From: Eledone cirrhosa
Taxonomy: Eukaryota
Direction: 5' to 3'
DNA: 64,000 nucleotides
NCBI GenBank assembly: GCA_964016885.1
Contig: OZ024743.1
Coordinates: forward strand, 315,270,001 to 315,334,000
Position numbers and translations under genes: made by a program. Numbering within the stretch: position 1 is the first letter of the stretch; each line of letters opens with the position of its first letter. The notes under the pieces are model-generated. The model saw only the letters and a list, made by a program, of their open reading frames with translations. It made no database searches and had not been told where the DNA came from. Of this stretch, positions 12,190 through 24,810 are shown one piece after another.

Positions 12190-15100
12190 AATGATCACAG
12201 AGGAGGAGATGGCGGCTGCAAGACACATGGTAACGAGAACTGAATTGTCAGTGTCCTTGAAACCACCAACCGACTTCCTGGAGTAGCAAGGGCGACGCAC
12301 ACTGTCGTACCGCACGATTCCCACGAAATCGTGCCGTGCGGAGAAAGCCTAGGAGGCCCAAATCCAGAGGGCCTTGGCAACTGTGTGGGCACGGAAAACC
12401 CACATCACCCGTGGCAAGAAATATGCTACTGTGGACGTCCTTCCAAGGAAGCAAAATCGCACTCACTGAGGACCCTATGGAGTGATGAAATAACGTTTAT
12501 CCCGTTTTACTGCGGGAAAAAAATTGAAAAGGTCAAAGTAACTGAGGTCCAGCCCTATGTAACCGTGCCTTGGCTGGTCGTGTCTGTTCTAGCGGACATC
12601 GAAGATAAAACAACCATTCTGCCGGTACAGAAGTTGTGAGAGGGGACTGGTCCGGTATTGGAATGGAGATGCTCATCTAAACCGACCAGGACTACATCAT
12701 CACTATTCCCGACGAAATAGATCTCAGGAATGGCTCACAACTTCCCATATCTTTTGAAGTAAGGCGCCAAAAATGCTTCAACTGTGGATCAAAGTCTCAC
12801 CTCAGGGCTTTCTGTGTACAGAAAATAACAAAGGCCAAGGTCACCCTCCTTCCAACGCCGGACCCGCGGCCATCAGAAACTGAGCAGTCAGCGAAAAAGT
12901 CGGGAGCTTCTACAGAGAGTAGGAGGACAACGTCCGTGACACCCACATCAAAGTCACAGACAACAAAATCAGCAGAGGCAGCTGCAGCAACAAAAACAGT
13001 TGCACTAGCTGCACCTGTGCCAGGGGCGGCAAACCAAGCTCCACCACCAATAACAACAACAAAGATAAATGAGAGGTTAGAACTCATACTCCTCCTGGAC
13101 CTCCACAGTCGTTCGGACATGGAGTATGAGGCGGTTGAGGAGTGGAAAACGGTTGTTAACAAAAACAAAAGACAAACGGAAAAACACCACAGCTCCTCCC
13201 TCCAAAAGCGAAGGCAAAGAAAGAGGGATAAAGACTGCAAGGAGAATTGCAGCAACACCACCACCATCACCATCACCACCACAAGCATCAACACCAACAA
13301 CAACTACACCACCACCAGCATCACCAAAAACACCAACATCACAAACACAACAAACCACACATACCCAACAGCAACAACAAGAAAACACAGCCATAAACAT
13401 TGCACACCAAGGACTAATGGAACATATAAAACACCACACCGATATTTCAGACGTAAATTACCACACACCACCAACAAGAACATTACCAAAAAACATTAAT
13501 TGTTTCTACGTTAGGCACAAGGCCAGCAAATACCCAGTGCATTACTGGTACTTTATTTTATCGACCCCGTAAGGATGAAAGGCAAAGTTAACCTCGGCGG
13601 GATTTGAACTCAGAATGGCAAGGGCCGTAACTCTATACGTCAAAACATGGCGTCCGACCCTCTACCGATACTGCCAATCCACTGGCAGTATCGGTAGAGG
13701 GTCGGACGCCATGCTTTGACGTATAGAGTTACGGCCCTTGCCATTCTGAGTTCAAATCCCGCCGAGGTTAACTTTGCCTTTCATCCTTACGGGGTCGATA
13801 AAATAAAGTACCAGTAATGCACTGGGTATTTGCTGGCCTTGTGCCTAACGTAGAAACAATTAATGTTTTTTGGTAATGTTCTTGTTGGTGGTGTGTGGTA
13901 ATTTACGTCTGAAATATCGGTGTGGTGTTTTATATGTTCCATTAGTCCTTGGTGTGCAATGTTTATGGCTGTGTTTTCTTGTTGTTGCTGTTGGGTATGT
14001 GTGGTTTGTTGTGTTTGTGATGTTGGTGTTTTTGGTGATGCTGCTGGTGGTAAAACATTAATATTGTACAAATTCAACTCGAAAACTACAAACAATTAAA
14101 ACAAAAATTCACCAAATGCGTTGGGGATTTCAGGGGGTCACTCTCCAAAATAATATACAAAGATATCGTATTGGAGACACCACTGACCAGCCAAGAGGAC
14201 GGTTCTACTGTCCCTTCCACCACATGATCCTTTCTCACTTGCCCCGTTCCTCAACCAACATGGCCGTACTTCGAATAGGCAGGATAAATGCACGTGGCCT
14301 GGGGTCATCTTGAAAGCAGGGTCACCTGCTCAACGACCTCAGGTCACTAAGCATAGATGTGGTGACCATCAGCTAGACCAGAATCTCCGAAGCACGATCC
14401 TTCGCACCGATCTTCGGCGGCTACGATGTATACGCATCTGCCAGCCGTCGAGGATCAGGGGAAGGAGTTGCTGTGCTTTTTCGGAGAGGGTGGATCTCGC
14501 CATACGGCCATCGTCCTGGACTCAGAAGGTAAGTCGGTGGTGCTGGACGTAACCGGCAGCGAAGGCAATTCTTTCAGGGTAGTAGCCATCTACGCCATAA
14601 CAGTGGCAGGACGGCCACATTTCATCAGACGTCTAGAGACCTTTCTTGGAACATGTCGCTCCTTAGTGTTAGTGGGCCGCTGGAACGGTATCTTAGATGC
14701 ACGCTGGGATCATGTGGGGCTAGTAGACAGAACATGAGGGTGTACAAGCCTCAAGAACCTGCTCAGACGTTTTGAACTGTCTGACAGGGATAGTCTGGAT
14801 TATCCGAATGTACCAATGTGGACATGGGCAAACTGCATAGGGTCATCCAGATCGTATTTAGATAGGGTATTCTGTGCAACATGTAAGTTGTCCACAATTT
14901 AAAGTAGTCGACTACACGTCTTTCCCGCGCGCAAAGCTTACAGAGAACGGATTAGCGAATTAGTTAAGCGTGCGTTGACGAGTGCAATCGTGAACAAGCA
15001 GTGGTGGCTTACCCTGAAAAGAGCTATTAGAGTAGATAAGGTTTAGCAAAGGAGTAGTGATAGAGGAAAATAGTGTAAAGGAAAAGCTAATTAGAAAACT

Positions 15101-16723
15101 AGAAGAGGCGTTTAGGACAGGCGTTTAGGACAGACTTATTCGGCGACCTCTTGGCAGATGTCTACTGCAACTGGCAGCAGAACGGGGCATTCCCAGTTTT
15201 GTGAGCCGGGGACCGATGGCGCTGCTGAGAAAAGACCCGAACATAGAGGACGTTAATAACAACTTCAGGCCCATAACTCTGCTAAACACAGAGTTCAAGA
15301 TTTTGGCCAAGGTGTTACCAAAGAAATTGGCGCTTGTCGTCGGTAATCTGGTGGGAGAAGCGCAGACATGCGCGATTCCAGACAGATCTATCCAGGACAA
15401 CCACCATCTCTTGCAATACATCATAGAGAGCGTGATTAAGGAACCTGGCACGGGTGAGGCTCTGATCAACTTGAATCAATCTAAAGCATTTGTTAGGGTC
15501 GACCATCGGTACCTGGCTGCAGTCCTCGAAGCGACCGGCTTCGGGCCCATTTTTAGAGGCTGGATCGCTGCAATGCACAGCGACATCTGCTCGATTGTGA
15601 GGGTGAATGGTCACCTGTCGTAGCCGTTCAGCATCATGCGCTCGGTCCGCCAAGGTTGTCCCCTGTCGTCCCTCTTGTACTTACTGGCTCTCGAGCCATT
15701 ACTGCACAAATTAGAGATGTGTGGACTGGGATGCGGAAGATCCGTGTCGGCTTGCGCCGACGACGTCACCGTGGTGGTATCGAGCACCAAACACGTCCAT
15801 ATGCTCGGTCCCGCTCTCAAGGAATACGAAGCGGTGACAGGAGCAAGGATAAACCAACAAAAGTGGTAGGCTTGCAACTCGGCACCTGGAGAGGCCAGTC
15901 CATGCCGTCCGACAGCGTCGTGGGGCGCTGGACAGAGGGACCGGTCAAATTGCTCGGGGTCTGGTTCGGTCTGGACCTCCAATGGAGAAAAACTGGAATG
16001 AGGTGACGAGCAGGATGGCTTCTCTCACCCAGAAATGGGCCTAGAGGAGGCTGTCTCTGAAAGGTCGGGTGGAGGTGGGGAATGCGTACATCGCGTCCGT
16101 CATCTGATACCGCCTGACCGTCGTACCTTGCCCCCGTCCAACGCTGACCAAAATGGAGCGCCTTCTCTTCCGCTTTTTGTGGAAGGGATGTGCTCCCATA
16201 GTCAAACGATCCATCTGTTGTCAGTACCCGTTTAAAGAGGAGGAAGGACAAGCAGTCTTCATCTGCCTGGTGGCCTGGCGAAAAAGATTATGTGGTGGAC
16301 AAGGTTAAAAACGTTGAAAACGGACACTTTCGTCTCCGGCCAATCCCCGACTAACTTTTTCAAGTTTCACTTGAAGAGGAAAATCAGGGTTGAAAGGCAA
16401 GTGCTGTCTTCTAGTAAATTTGTTGAAAGGTGGGTGAAAGTGGCGTGTGGTCCGAGTATGCGCCTGTAGACTGAGGAATGGGAAAACTGAGGGAGGGCGC
16501 TTGCCCTGGTAGTCAGGGTGGCCATGATCAATTGTGTGGTTTTCGTTACGAGTGACCCTCGGAAGCTTCCCCCTTTTTCGGGAATTTTTATTAATTGAAT
16601 TTTATTTATTTTGCACGTTTCTGTCTTTTATAACCTTTTTACACGGGCCAAACCGTCTTTGTATCGTCCTGTGCCATCTGTAATTTTTTTCTTCATGTTA
16701 GCCCTTGTGGCCAATAAAGAAAC

Positions 16724-16725
<2 letters not shown>
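12190..16725 (+). mobile_element. Near full-length decayed Tx1/L1-clade LINE (ORF1 gag-like knuckle; ORF2 APE + RT)
   Basis: CFNCGSKSHLRAFC (CX2CX4HX4C) at 12774-12815. ORF2 starts MAVLRIGRINARGL at 14260, then SRSYLDR, NFRPITLLNTEFKILAK, VRQGCPLS, ACADD. Internal deletions near 15125 and 16235. 3' end gcccttgtggccaataaagaaacc(att)n. Confidence 0.88.
13308..14051. repeat. ~370-bp-arm near-perfect palindrome containing head-to-head SINE S1 copies (13501-13682 -, 13683-13860 +)
   Basis: Centre tactgcca-atccac-tggcagta. Arms differ by very few changes. Direct repeat aaaacattaat at 13490-13500 and 14052-14062. Confidence 0.92.
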
Positions 16726-16756
<31 letters not shown>

Positions 16757-16758
<2 letters not shown>

Positions 16759-17430
16759 GGCGGTGGATTGGCAGTATCGGGAGAGGGTCAGACGCCATGC
16801 TTTCCAGCATAGTTACGTCCCTTTACGATCTGAGTTCAAATCCCGCCGAGGTTGACTTTGCCTTTCATCCTTATGGGGTCGATAAAATAAAGTACCAGTC
16901 ATGCACTGGGGTCGATTTAATCGACTTTCTCCTCCCCCAAATTACTGGCATTGTGCCTATATAAGAAACCATTATTATTATTATTATTGGCAGTATCGGT
17001 AGAGGGTTTGACACCATGCTTTGCAGCATAAAGTTACGGCTCTTGTCATTCTGAGTTCAAATCCCGCCGAGGTTAACTTTGCCTTCCATCCTTGCGGGGT
17101 AGATAAAATAAAGTACCAGTCACGTAGAAAGTCAAAAGACAAAGTTAACCTCTCCTGGATTTGAACTTAGAACGTAAAGGGCCATAACTATATGCCGCAA
17201 AGCATGTTGTCAGACGCTCTATCAGAGAATAATGATTACTGATTCAGGCACAAAGCAAACAATGTTCAAGAAGAAATAGTCGATTAAATCGACTATCGTG
17301 TTTTACTGGTACTTTATTTTATCGACCCCATAAAGGTGAAAGGCAAAGTTTAACCCCATAGATATTTGAACTCAAAACGTAAAGGGCCATAACAATATAC
17401 TGCAAAGTATGTTGTCTGGTGCTCTACCGG
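16757..17430. mobile_element. Cluster of four S1 SINE copies (16757-16970 +, 16988-17122 +, ~17125-17225 -, ~17245-17430 -)
   Basis: Each matches the S1 head or central domain. The first two sit in (ATT)n runs after the Tx1 3' end. Confidence 0.85.
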
Positions 17431-17785
17431 AGAGTAATAAAACATATCAGAAGAATATTTGAAAATATAGCAATAGATAAAAGAAAAAAAAAAGACGAAG
17501 AAACCAAAGTAATACGTAAAGCTTTTCGAGGAAGAAATAAAAGTTAAAATGAACGGAATTTCTAGAAAGTGATAGTGTAAAGAATATAAGTGAATTATTT
17601 GTGTAAGATCTTTCTGTTTTCTAACCAATTTTAACTTTCTTGAAGCCGCGCAATCTTTAAATACTTGGATATTTGTAATTTCTTCAGAAGTTAACGTGAA
17701 GTTTAAATGGCGCTTGTTTTCGTGAATTAACTAACCTACAACAACAACAATAACAGTTGAAGTATTATTATTATTATTTTCATTT

Positions 17786-17814
17786 TTACTACTACTACTA
17801 CTACTACTAGTAGA

Positions 17815-17884
<70 letters not shown>

Positions 17885-17923
17885 GGTGGTGGTTGTGGTG
17901 GTGGTAGTGGTAGTGGTGGTGGT
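17786..17923. repeat. (CTA)n/(TAG)n/(TGG)n compound microsatellite
   Basis: Direct observation. Confidence 0.9.
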
Positions 17924-18538
17924 TTATATTCATACGTCATTGGCTTAGAATGTGTTCAACTCTTGATCTTTAATAAGATCAAGAAAGCGTAGTGGCAGTT
18001 GTAGAATTGGTGGTGATGTTGAAGATTTTGAGGAGTTGACTGTGTGGTATTTATGAGGTAGGGTTGGGGTGTTGATGTTGTTATTTTTGTTTGTGTTGTG
18101 GTGTTTGTTTTTGGCGTTTGCATACATATATATATGTGTGTGTGTGTATGTGTGTGTGTATACATATATATATCATGTGCATATTATATATATCTATCTA
18201 TATATATGTGTGTGTGTGTGTTCGTGAGTGAATAGTAATATTATAATATTATTATGATATCATAATATTATTAATATTCGGTTTGTTTGCAAGCAAACAG
18301 CTTCACAAGTATCACATGTTAGATGACTAACGTCATTCTTTTATTTCCGGCTAAATTGAGGTTAGTAAATCCTGTTTTCTCTGTTTGGGATTATCAAAAC
18401 ATTTGTTATTACGTTAAATTGTTTTTCGTTAAAGATCTTGCATGCTTGTCACGTTTTTCTGATATCAATTTTTGTACATGTCATAAACATCCTTTATACC
18501 TATACCAGGTGCGCTTGTCAAACCCTTTTTATCACATC

Positions 18539-18574
<36 letters not shown>

Positions 18575-18725
18575 ATACTTTGGGAGGGTCATGTTGCCAA
18601 TAAGAAACACACGCACCAGTTGCTTTCACTTCAATTTAATTTATTATATATTTATAAATTTACAAATTTATAAATTTCTGGTTGGTTGGTTGGTTCCACA
18701 ACCAGATAGTTGTTTATATATATAT

Positions 18726-18770
18726 AGTCATAGTTCTTTCGTCACACACTCTGTGACCTCTTCAGTGACT
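18726..18770 (-). ncRNA. Minimal type I hammerhead ribozyme (family A)
   Basis: Reverse complement of 20121-20165. Confidence 0.8.
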
Positions 18771-19460
18771 GGGGATTTCTTTCGTCGTTTCTGTGCCTTT
18801 CCTTTCTTCTATCCTACGCCATTTTGTTTGTGTGTGGGTTGCGTGCTCAGTTTGCGCATGCGCCACATCCGGGTGTCTGTGTGTGTTTGTGTTCATTTTT
18901 CTATTTTTCTATTTATATTTGTTTGTTTATTTATTTATTTATTTTTTGTTTGTTCTATGTGTGTGTGTGTTTTCATTTTGTCTTGTGTGTGTTTTCATTT
19001 TGTGTGTGTTTTCAATTGTAAGTTGTTTGTTCTATGTGTGTGTGTGTTTTCATTTTGTCCTTAATTGTAAGTTGTGGTGTTGCTGTTCCACTCATATTTT
19101 CTATTTAATTTTGGTTTTAATTCTTTTATGCTTACTGCCTCTGTAATTTGCCTAAACATTGCGTCTTTCTTGTGTGTGGATTCTATTTTTATTTCTATGC
19201 TCTCTAATTTACCCCTGTGTTCTATCTTAGCATGTTGGTAGAGCACAGATGATTCTTTACTATCTTGGAGGTCTCGCCAGTGTTCATTTATTCGTTCCCC
19301 TATACTACGAGCTGTCTCACCTATGTACACTATATTTTTGTTTCTACATTGTCCTTCAGTACATCTTATGCTATATACTACATTTCTAGTTTTACAGTTA
19401 ATATGGGGGCTTATTTTACAGGTTATACATTTATTTTACAGGTTATACATTTCTTCTTTA

Positions 19461-19834
19461 AGAAATGTATAACCTGTAAAATAAGCCCCCATATTAACTG
19501 TAAAACTAGAAATGTAGTATATAGCATAAGATGTACTGAAGGACAATGTAGAAACAAAAATATAGTGTACATAGGTGAGACAGCTCGTAGTATAGGGGAA
19601 CGAATAAATGAACACTGGCGAGACCTCCAAGATAGTAAAGAATCATCTGTGCTCTACCAACATGCTAAGATAGAACACAGGGGTAAATTAGAGAGCATAG
19701 AAATAAAAATAGAATCCACACACAAGAAAGACGCAATGTTTAGGCAAATTACAGAGGCAGTAAGCATAAAAGAATTAAAACCAAAATTAAATAGAAAATA
19801 TGAGTGGAACAGCAACATCACAACTTACAATTAA
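19461..19834 (+). pseudogene. 5'-truncated PLE GIY-YIG endonuclease domain (mirror copy 19061-19455 on -)
   Basis: CKTRNVVYSIRC...VYIGETARSIGERINEH...LYQH...RQITEAVSIKELKPKLNRKYEW. The frame is open but there is no RT upstream. Confidence 0.9.
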
Positions 19835-20120
19835 GGACAAAATGAAAACACACACACACATAGAACAAACAACTTACAATTGAAAACACACACAAAATGA
19901 AAACACACACAAGACAAAATGAAAACACACACACACATAGAACAAACAATAAATAAATAAATAAACAAACAAATATAAATAGAAAAATAGAAAAATGAAC
20001 ACAAACACACACAGACACCCGGATGTGGCGCATGCGCAAACTGAGCACGCAACCCACACACAAACAAAATGGCGTAGGATAGAAGAAAGGAAAGGCACAG
20101 AAACGAAGAAAGAAATCCCC

Positions 20121-20165
20121 AGTCACTGAAGAGGTCACAGAGTGTGTGACGAAAGAACTATGACT
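20121..20165 (+). ncRNA. Minimal type I hammerhead ribozyme (family A)
   Basis: Stem I AGTCA/TGACT, core CTGAAGA, stem II GTCACA/TGTGAC, GAAA, very short stem III (G-AA-C), predicted cleavage after UA. Confidence 0.8.
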
Positions 20166-20377
20166 ATATATATATAAACAACTATCTGGTTGTGGAACCA
20201 ACCAACCAACCAGAAATTTATAAATTTGTAAATTTATAAATATATAATAAATTAAATTGAAGTGAAAGCAACTGGTGCGTGTGTTTCTTATTGGCAACAT
20301 GACCCTCCCAAAGTATAATAATATCGGTTTCAACACACGATTTCAGATAAAGAATCTTGCTAAACAAATTCAGAAAC

Positions 20378-20458
<81 letters not shown>

Positions 20459-20474
20459 TATATACATAAAGGTT

Positions 20475-20770
20475 CGTCGTGGTTTAGTGCTTATGGTATT
20501 TAGCTCATGATCTTAAGTTTATGTATTCGATTCTGCAAGAGAATTTAATTCTCGCTGCTCCATTCCACTCAGCTATCCAAAATAAGTTGTACCAGTATTT
20601 CGAAGGGCCAGCTTTGTATCATTTTGTGACATGGTGAATTTCCCTGAGAACTATGTTAAACGCATTCGAGTTGATAGATTTCTCAATCACTCTCACGGTG
20701 ATTTCAGGAGCAGGTTGTTTCGTTGATCGAATCAACAAGAACACTCGCTGATTTAGCGAATGTCAATGTT
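20475..20770 (+). mobile_element. Old tRNA-derived SINE (family S2), degraded
   Basis: Eroded tRNA-like head. The body shares similarity with 40290-40620, 44585-44920 and 63510-63720. Confidence 0.5.
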
Positions 20771-20779
20771 ATGGGTACA

Positions 20780-20821
<42 letters not shown>

Positions 20822-20822
<1 letters not shown>

Positions 20823-21035
20823 TTGTCGATCGACTATCGTCAAATCGGACCGAGGAAACAATGTTTCCGTTGGTCTTTTCAATTGTTAATATTATCTATC
20901 GGTCGCAACTCCAGGTAGAAGAAGCAAGGTGAAATAAAGTGTCTTGTTCAAGAACATAACGAATCGCTCGGACCAGGAATTGAACTGACAACCTCACGAT
21001 TGCGAATCCAGTTCTCTAACAAATCAGCCAGTCAC
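20822..21035 (-). mobile_element. tRNA-derived SINE (family S3)
   Basis: High similarity to 55208-55395. B-box on - strand (gttcaattcc) and CORE-like ttgaacaagacactt segment. Confidence 0.75.
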
Positions 21036-21036
21036 C

Positions 21037-21101
<65 letters not shown>

Positions 21102-21570
21102 GCATGTGTGTGTGTGTGTGCGTGTTCGTGCGTGTGCGTGCGTGTGTGTGTTTGTGTGTGCGTGTGCGTGCGTGTGTGTGTATGCATGCAGAGTTATGAA
21201 ATAATCTAATATAATTATGAAAGTATGTCAAAATTGCGTATGTTTACATAGTTAAGAAAGTATGTAACATAATTTTTTGTATTTACCTAACCTTAGAAAT
21301 TACTCATTATTTACTAATTAACTATAATTTGCTGATAATTCCAAAGAATCAGAATTAATGTAACATATGCAGCAATTGCAGAGTAAGTTATTTAGTCGAT
21401 AATATCTACCCCAGTACATATTTGTATATTTAGCAATCACATTTTGTAAAGGCGCTACCTTCCAAGATATTAAATTAAACAATAAACTTAAGATAGGGGC
21501 ACAGGCCCACAGAGAGCCCAGCATGGAAACGGTTCCTCGATTATATATATATATATGACAGAATATCCTA

Positions 21571-21613
<43 letters not shown>

Positions 21614-22029
21614 TATCATAGGATATTCTGTCATTAACACAACAGAAGTCTGACGAGTTTTTCATTACTGAGTGGGACCAGATAGATACAGATTGAACCT
21701 TGAGCGGATCAATAGCGAAACGCGTGTCACTACTAAATAGTATTGAAGCTGTGATTTCTAAATTCGAAGTAGTAGCGGTTCTACATAGTATGACTCTCTG
21801 ATCTCCGAGCTACTCCTTCTATCGAGTAGCGTTACTCGAATGGCCCTTGTGGGTAACCCCATTTCGGCCGCTTGTATTCTTCTGGTTACAGAATGCTGAA
21901 ACTGAAAAATATATTGCAGTCTCTATTTCATGCCACAAACATTGGCGATGGACCTGCGACCTCTACTGGGACGCATGGGATTGCCACATAAATGTTTCTT
22001 ATGCTGAGAACCCAAAGGGAGCAGAACTT

Positions 22030-22445
22030 GACAATTGGAAATTGGAATATCACAACCCTTACAGATAAGGAACATCAACTAATGGAGTAGGCTAGGTGCT
22101 ACCGGCTAGATATCGTCGGAGTTTCCTCAAAAAGACCCCTAGCTATGGTACTGTAGATTTGGATGGCGGAAGGAAACTCCATTATTCAAGTGTGACTCCA
22201 GAAATGACTACTCAGGCGGGAGTGGGATAACAAGCCCCCGGCTATCAGGATGTGTTACGGAGTGGATTCCATTAGGAGGGAGGATTTTCCTCTTGGAGCT
22301 TAGGCTGAAAGATAGTACGGCGGTGCAAGATTATGCACCAAACAAGGTGTCCGAATACAGAACCGTCCTTGGTGAAGTAACTGCAGCGTTAAATGTAGTT
22401 AAGACCGAATTATATATCCTAATGGTAGATTTCAATGCACATGTT
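22030..22445 (+). pseudogene. RTE-type APE endonuclease fragment
   Basis: TIGNWNITTL, YAPN and ILMVDFNAHV (GDFNAH motif). Confidence 0.7.
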
Positions 22446-22474
22446 AAGAAAGAAGTTAAAGAAGAAATACATTC

Positions 22475-22635
<161 letters not shown>

Positions 22636-23007
22636 GTTCGAATAAGTTGAATATACAACAGTATATATGGTAAATACAATTTAAAGCTGAATACGATTTA
22701 CTGTCCTGTCCAATATTTGATGGTTAATAAGCAATCCAAACTTTAATCCAAAGAGTAAATTCTAATCACAATAGTGTTATAATTTCTGAAATATTATACC
22801 AAAGATTATTATTTGAAAATTTGATAGACTTCCGACTTTTTCATTAGGCTAACCAGGAATGAAAGAAAGTTGTTCTCTGGAAAAATGACTCATCAGAATC
22901 CAATTAAATTTATTTAACTCACCTCCCATATTATAATAAACCTGTGGGTGAGTTGTTTTGAGCGATGTTGTAAATTGTGCTTTCTTTATGAACAAACAGT
23001 AGTAAAT

Positions 23008-23178
23008 AATTGTTTCTACACAAGGCCAGCAATTATCAGAGTGCATTAATGGTACTTAAAATTTATCGACCAAGTAAGGATGAAAGGCAAAGTTAAGCTC
23101 GACGGGATTTGAACTAAAGGGACGTAAATATGCTGGAATGCATTGCGTCCGACCCTCTACTGATACTGCCAATTCACC
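23008..23178 (-). mobile_element. SINE S1
   Basis: Reverse complement of S1 consensus. Confidence 0.85.
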
Positions 23179-23718
23179 AAATAATAACGTTTAAAGATGT
23201 ATTAGAGATAACGTTAGAATTATCGAAGCCAAAATGGCATTAAATATTTATAAATGATGTAATATTTAACTTCAGTAACTATAAATATTTTACTAACTCT
23301 AATACATCATTCCAAAGAACAAAGCATGCACTAAATATAGACCGAGAGTTATACCAATGAGAATTAAAATGGAGATTATCACGTCGTCAGTGAAGTTTTG
23401 AAAACAAAACATTTAGATTATATCAAAATAAAGTTTACAAAAAATATAAAAGTAATTAAATATATCAGTAAGTCTTTGAGCCCCACAAGGAATACTGCGC
23501 TGTGCACACTATATGTGGACTACCATTGTAGCGGATGGAGAAGGTTAAGTATCCCGGGTGGGGCTGTGTTCCTGAGTAATTCATGCACTTAATTGAGCCT
23601 CCTGTTTTCTATTACTCGTGAACACAGCCCCTAATAATAGCAAGGCGAATAATCCCCAAGAACGGAGCCCAGTTTTGTAGTTGAAATCAATATATATAAA
23701 TATATATATATATATATA

Positions 23719-24030
23719 TTTCATTTCTGAATTTGTTTAGCAAGATTCTTTATCTGAAAACGTGTGTTGAAACCGATATTGTTATACTTTGGGAGGGTCA
23801 TGTTGCCAATAAGAAACACACGCACCAGTTGCTTTCACTCCAATTGATTATAAATTGAATTTATAAATTTAAGAATTTATAAATTTCCGGTTGGTTGGTT
23901 GGTTCCACAACCGGACGGTTGTTCATATATTGTCAAATTCTTTCGTCACACATTATGTGACCTCTTCAATGACTGGGGATTATTTTCTTTGTTTTGTGCG
24001 TCTCCTTTGTTCTGTCCTACGCCATCTTGT
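23719..24030 (-). mobile_element. Family A PLE terminal repeat with tail and HHR (23932-23974)
   Basis: Matches 20070-20380 and 33140-33456. HHR core reads TTGAAGA...GAAA. TA tracts on both sides. Confidence 0.85.
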
Positions 24031-24059
24031 TTATATATATATATTTATATATATACTTA

Positions 24060-24810
24060 TGTAAAGAACCCCCTGCACTGATATGAAATGCATAGTCTGC
24101 AAGCTAAGCCAGAAAACTAATTTCAAAACTAGGAACGTAGTATATAGCATAAGATGTAGTGAGGCAAGTGTAAAAATAAGAACATAGGTGAAACAAACCG
24201 TAGCATAGAAGAAAGGATACGTGCACACTGATGAGAACTCCAGGATGGGAAAAACTCATGATGCCAAAATAGAACATAGGTGCACATTAGAAAACATAGA
24301 GATAAAAATGTTATCCTCGCACAGAAAAGATGCAATGCTCAGAAAAATCACAGAGGCAACAAATATAAACGACCTCTAACCACAATTAAACAGAAAACAT
24401 GACAACTAGTAATTAAGGACAAAATGAAGACATACAGACACACACAAAAAACAAACAAACCAAATAAATCAAACACACACAAAAAGAACAAGCAACCAAC
24501 TCGGGACAAGTAAATATACATATGAATAAATAAATAAAACCATAGACACACACCCGGATGTAACGCATGCGCAAACTAATCACACAACACACAACACACA
24601 AAAACCGGATGGTATAGGACAGAATAAAGGAGAAACACAAAATATATTACACGAGTCGCTGAAGAGGTCACAAAATGTGTGATGAAAGAGCTTTGACAAT
24701 ATGTAAAGAACCATCCGACCAACCGGAAATTCATAATAAAATGAAGTGAAAACTAACAGGTGCGTTTGCTTTTTTTATTGGTAGCATGACCCCCCTAATG
24801 TATAACGATA
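24060..24810 (+). mobile_element. Older family A PLE copy: decayed GIY-YIG, 3' region and HHR (24654-24697), ending at the tail-less position
   Basis: aggaacgtagtatatagcataagatgt...ataggtgaaaca matches 19507-19582. HHR reads agtcg-CTGAAGA-ggtcacaaaatgtgtgat-GAAA-gagctttgac. Confidence 0.8.

Larger units (their letters stand above)
18569..20380. mobile_element. Penelope-like element (family A) as a ~885-bp-arm fold-back palindrome with a 57-nt tail, in (TA)n
   Basis: Centre ggttatacatttctt-cttt-aagaaatgtataacc (19441-19474). Each arm has a GIY-YIG coding segment and an HHR. The right arm continues 20324-20380. Confidence 0.92.

Noticed and set aside
19265-19834. 189-aa ORF as an intact standalone nuclease gene
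   Set aside because: The N-terminal part is the antisense palindrome arm, and there is no RT or true start codon.
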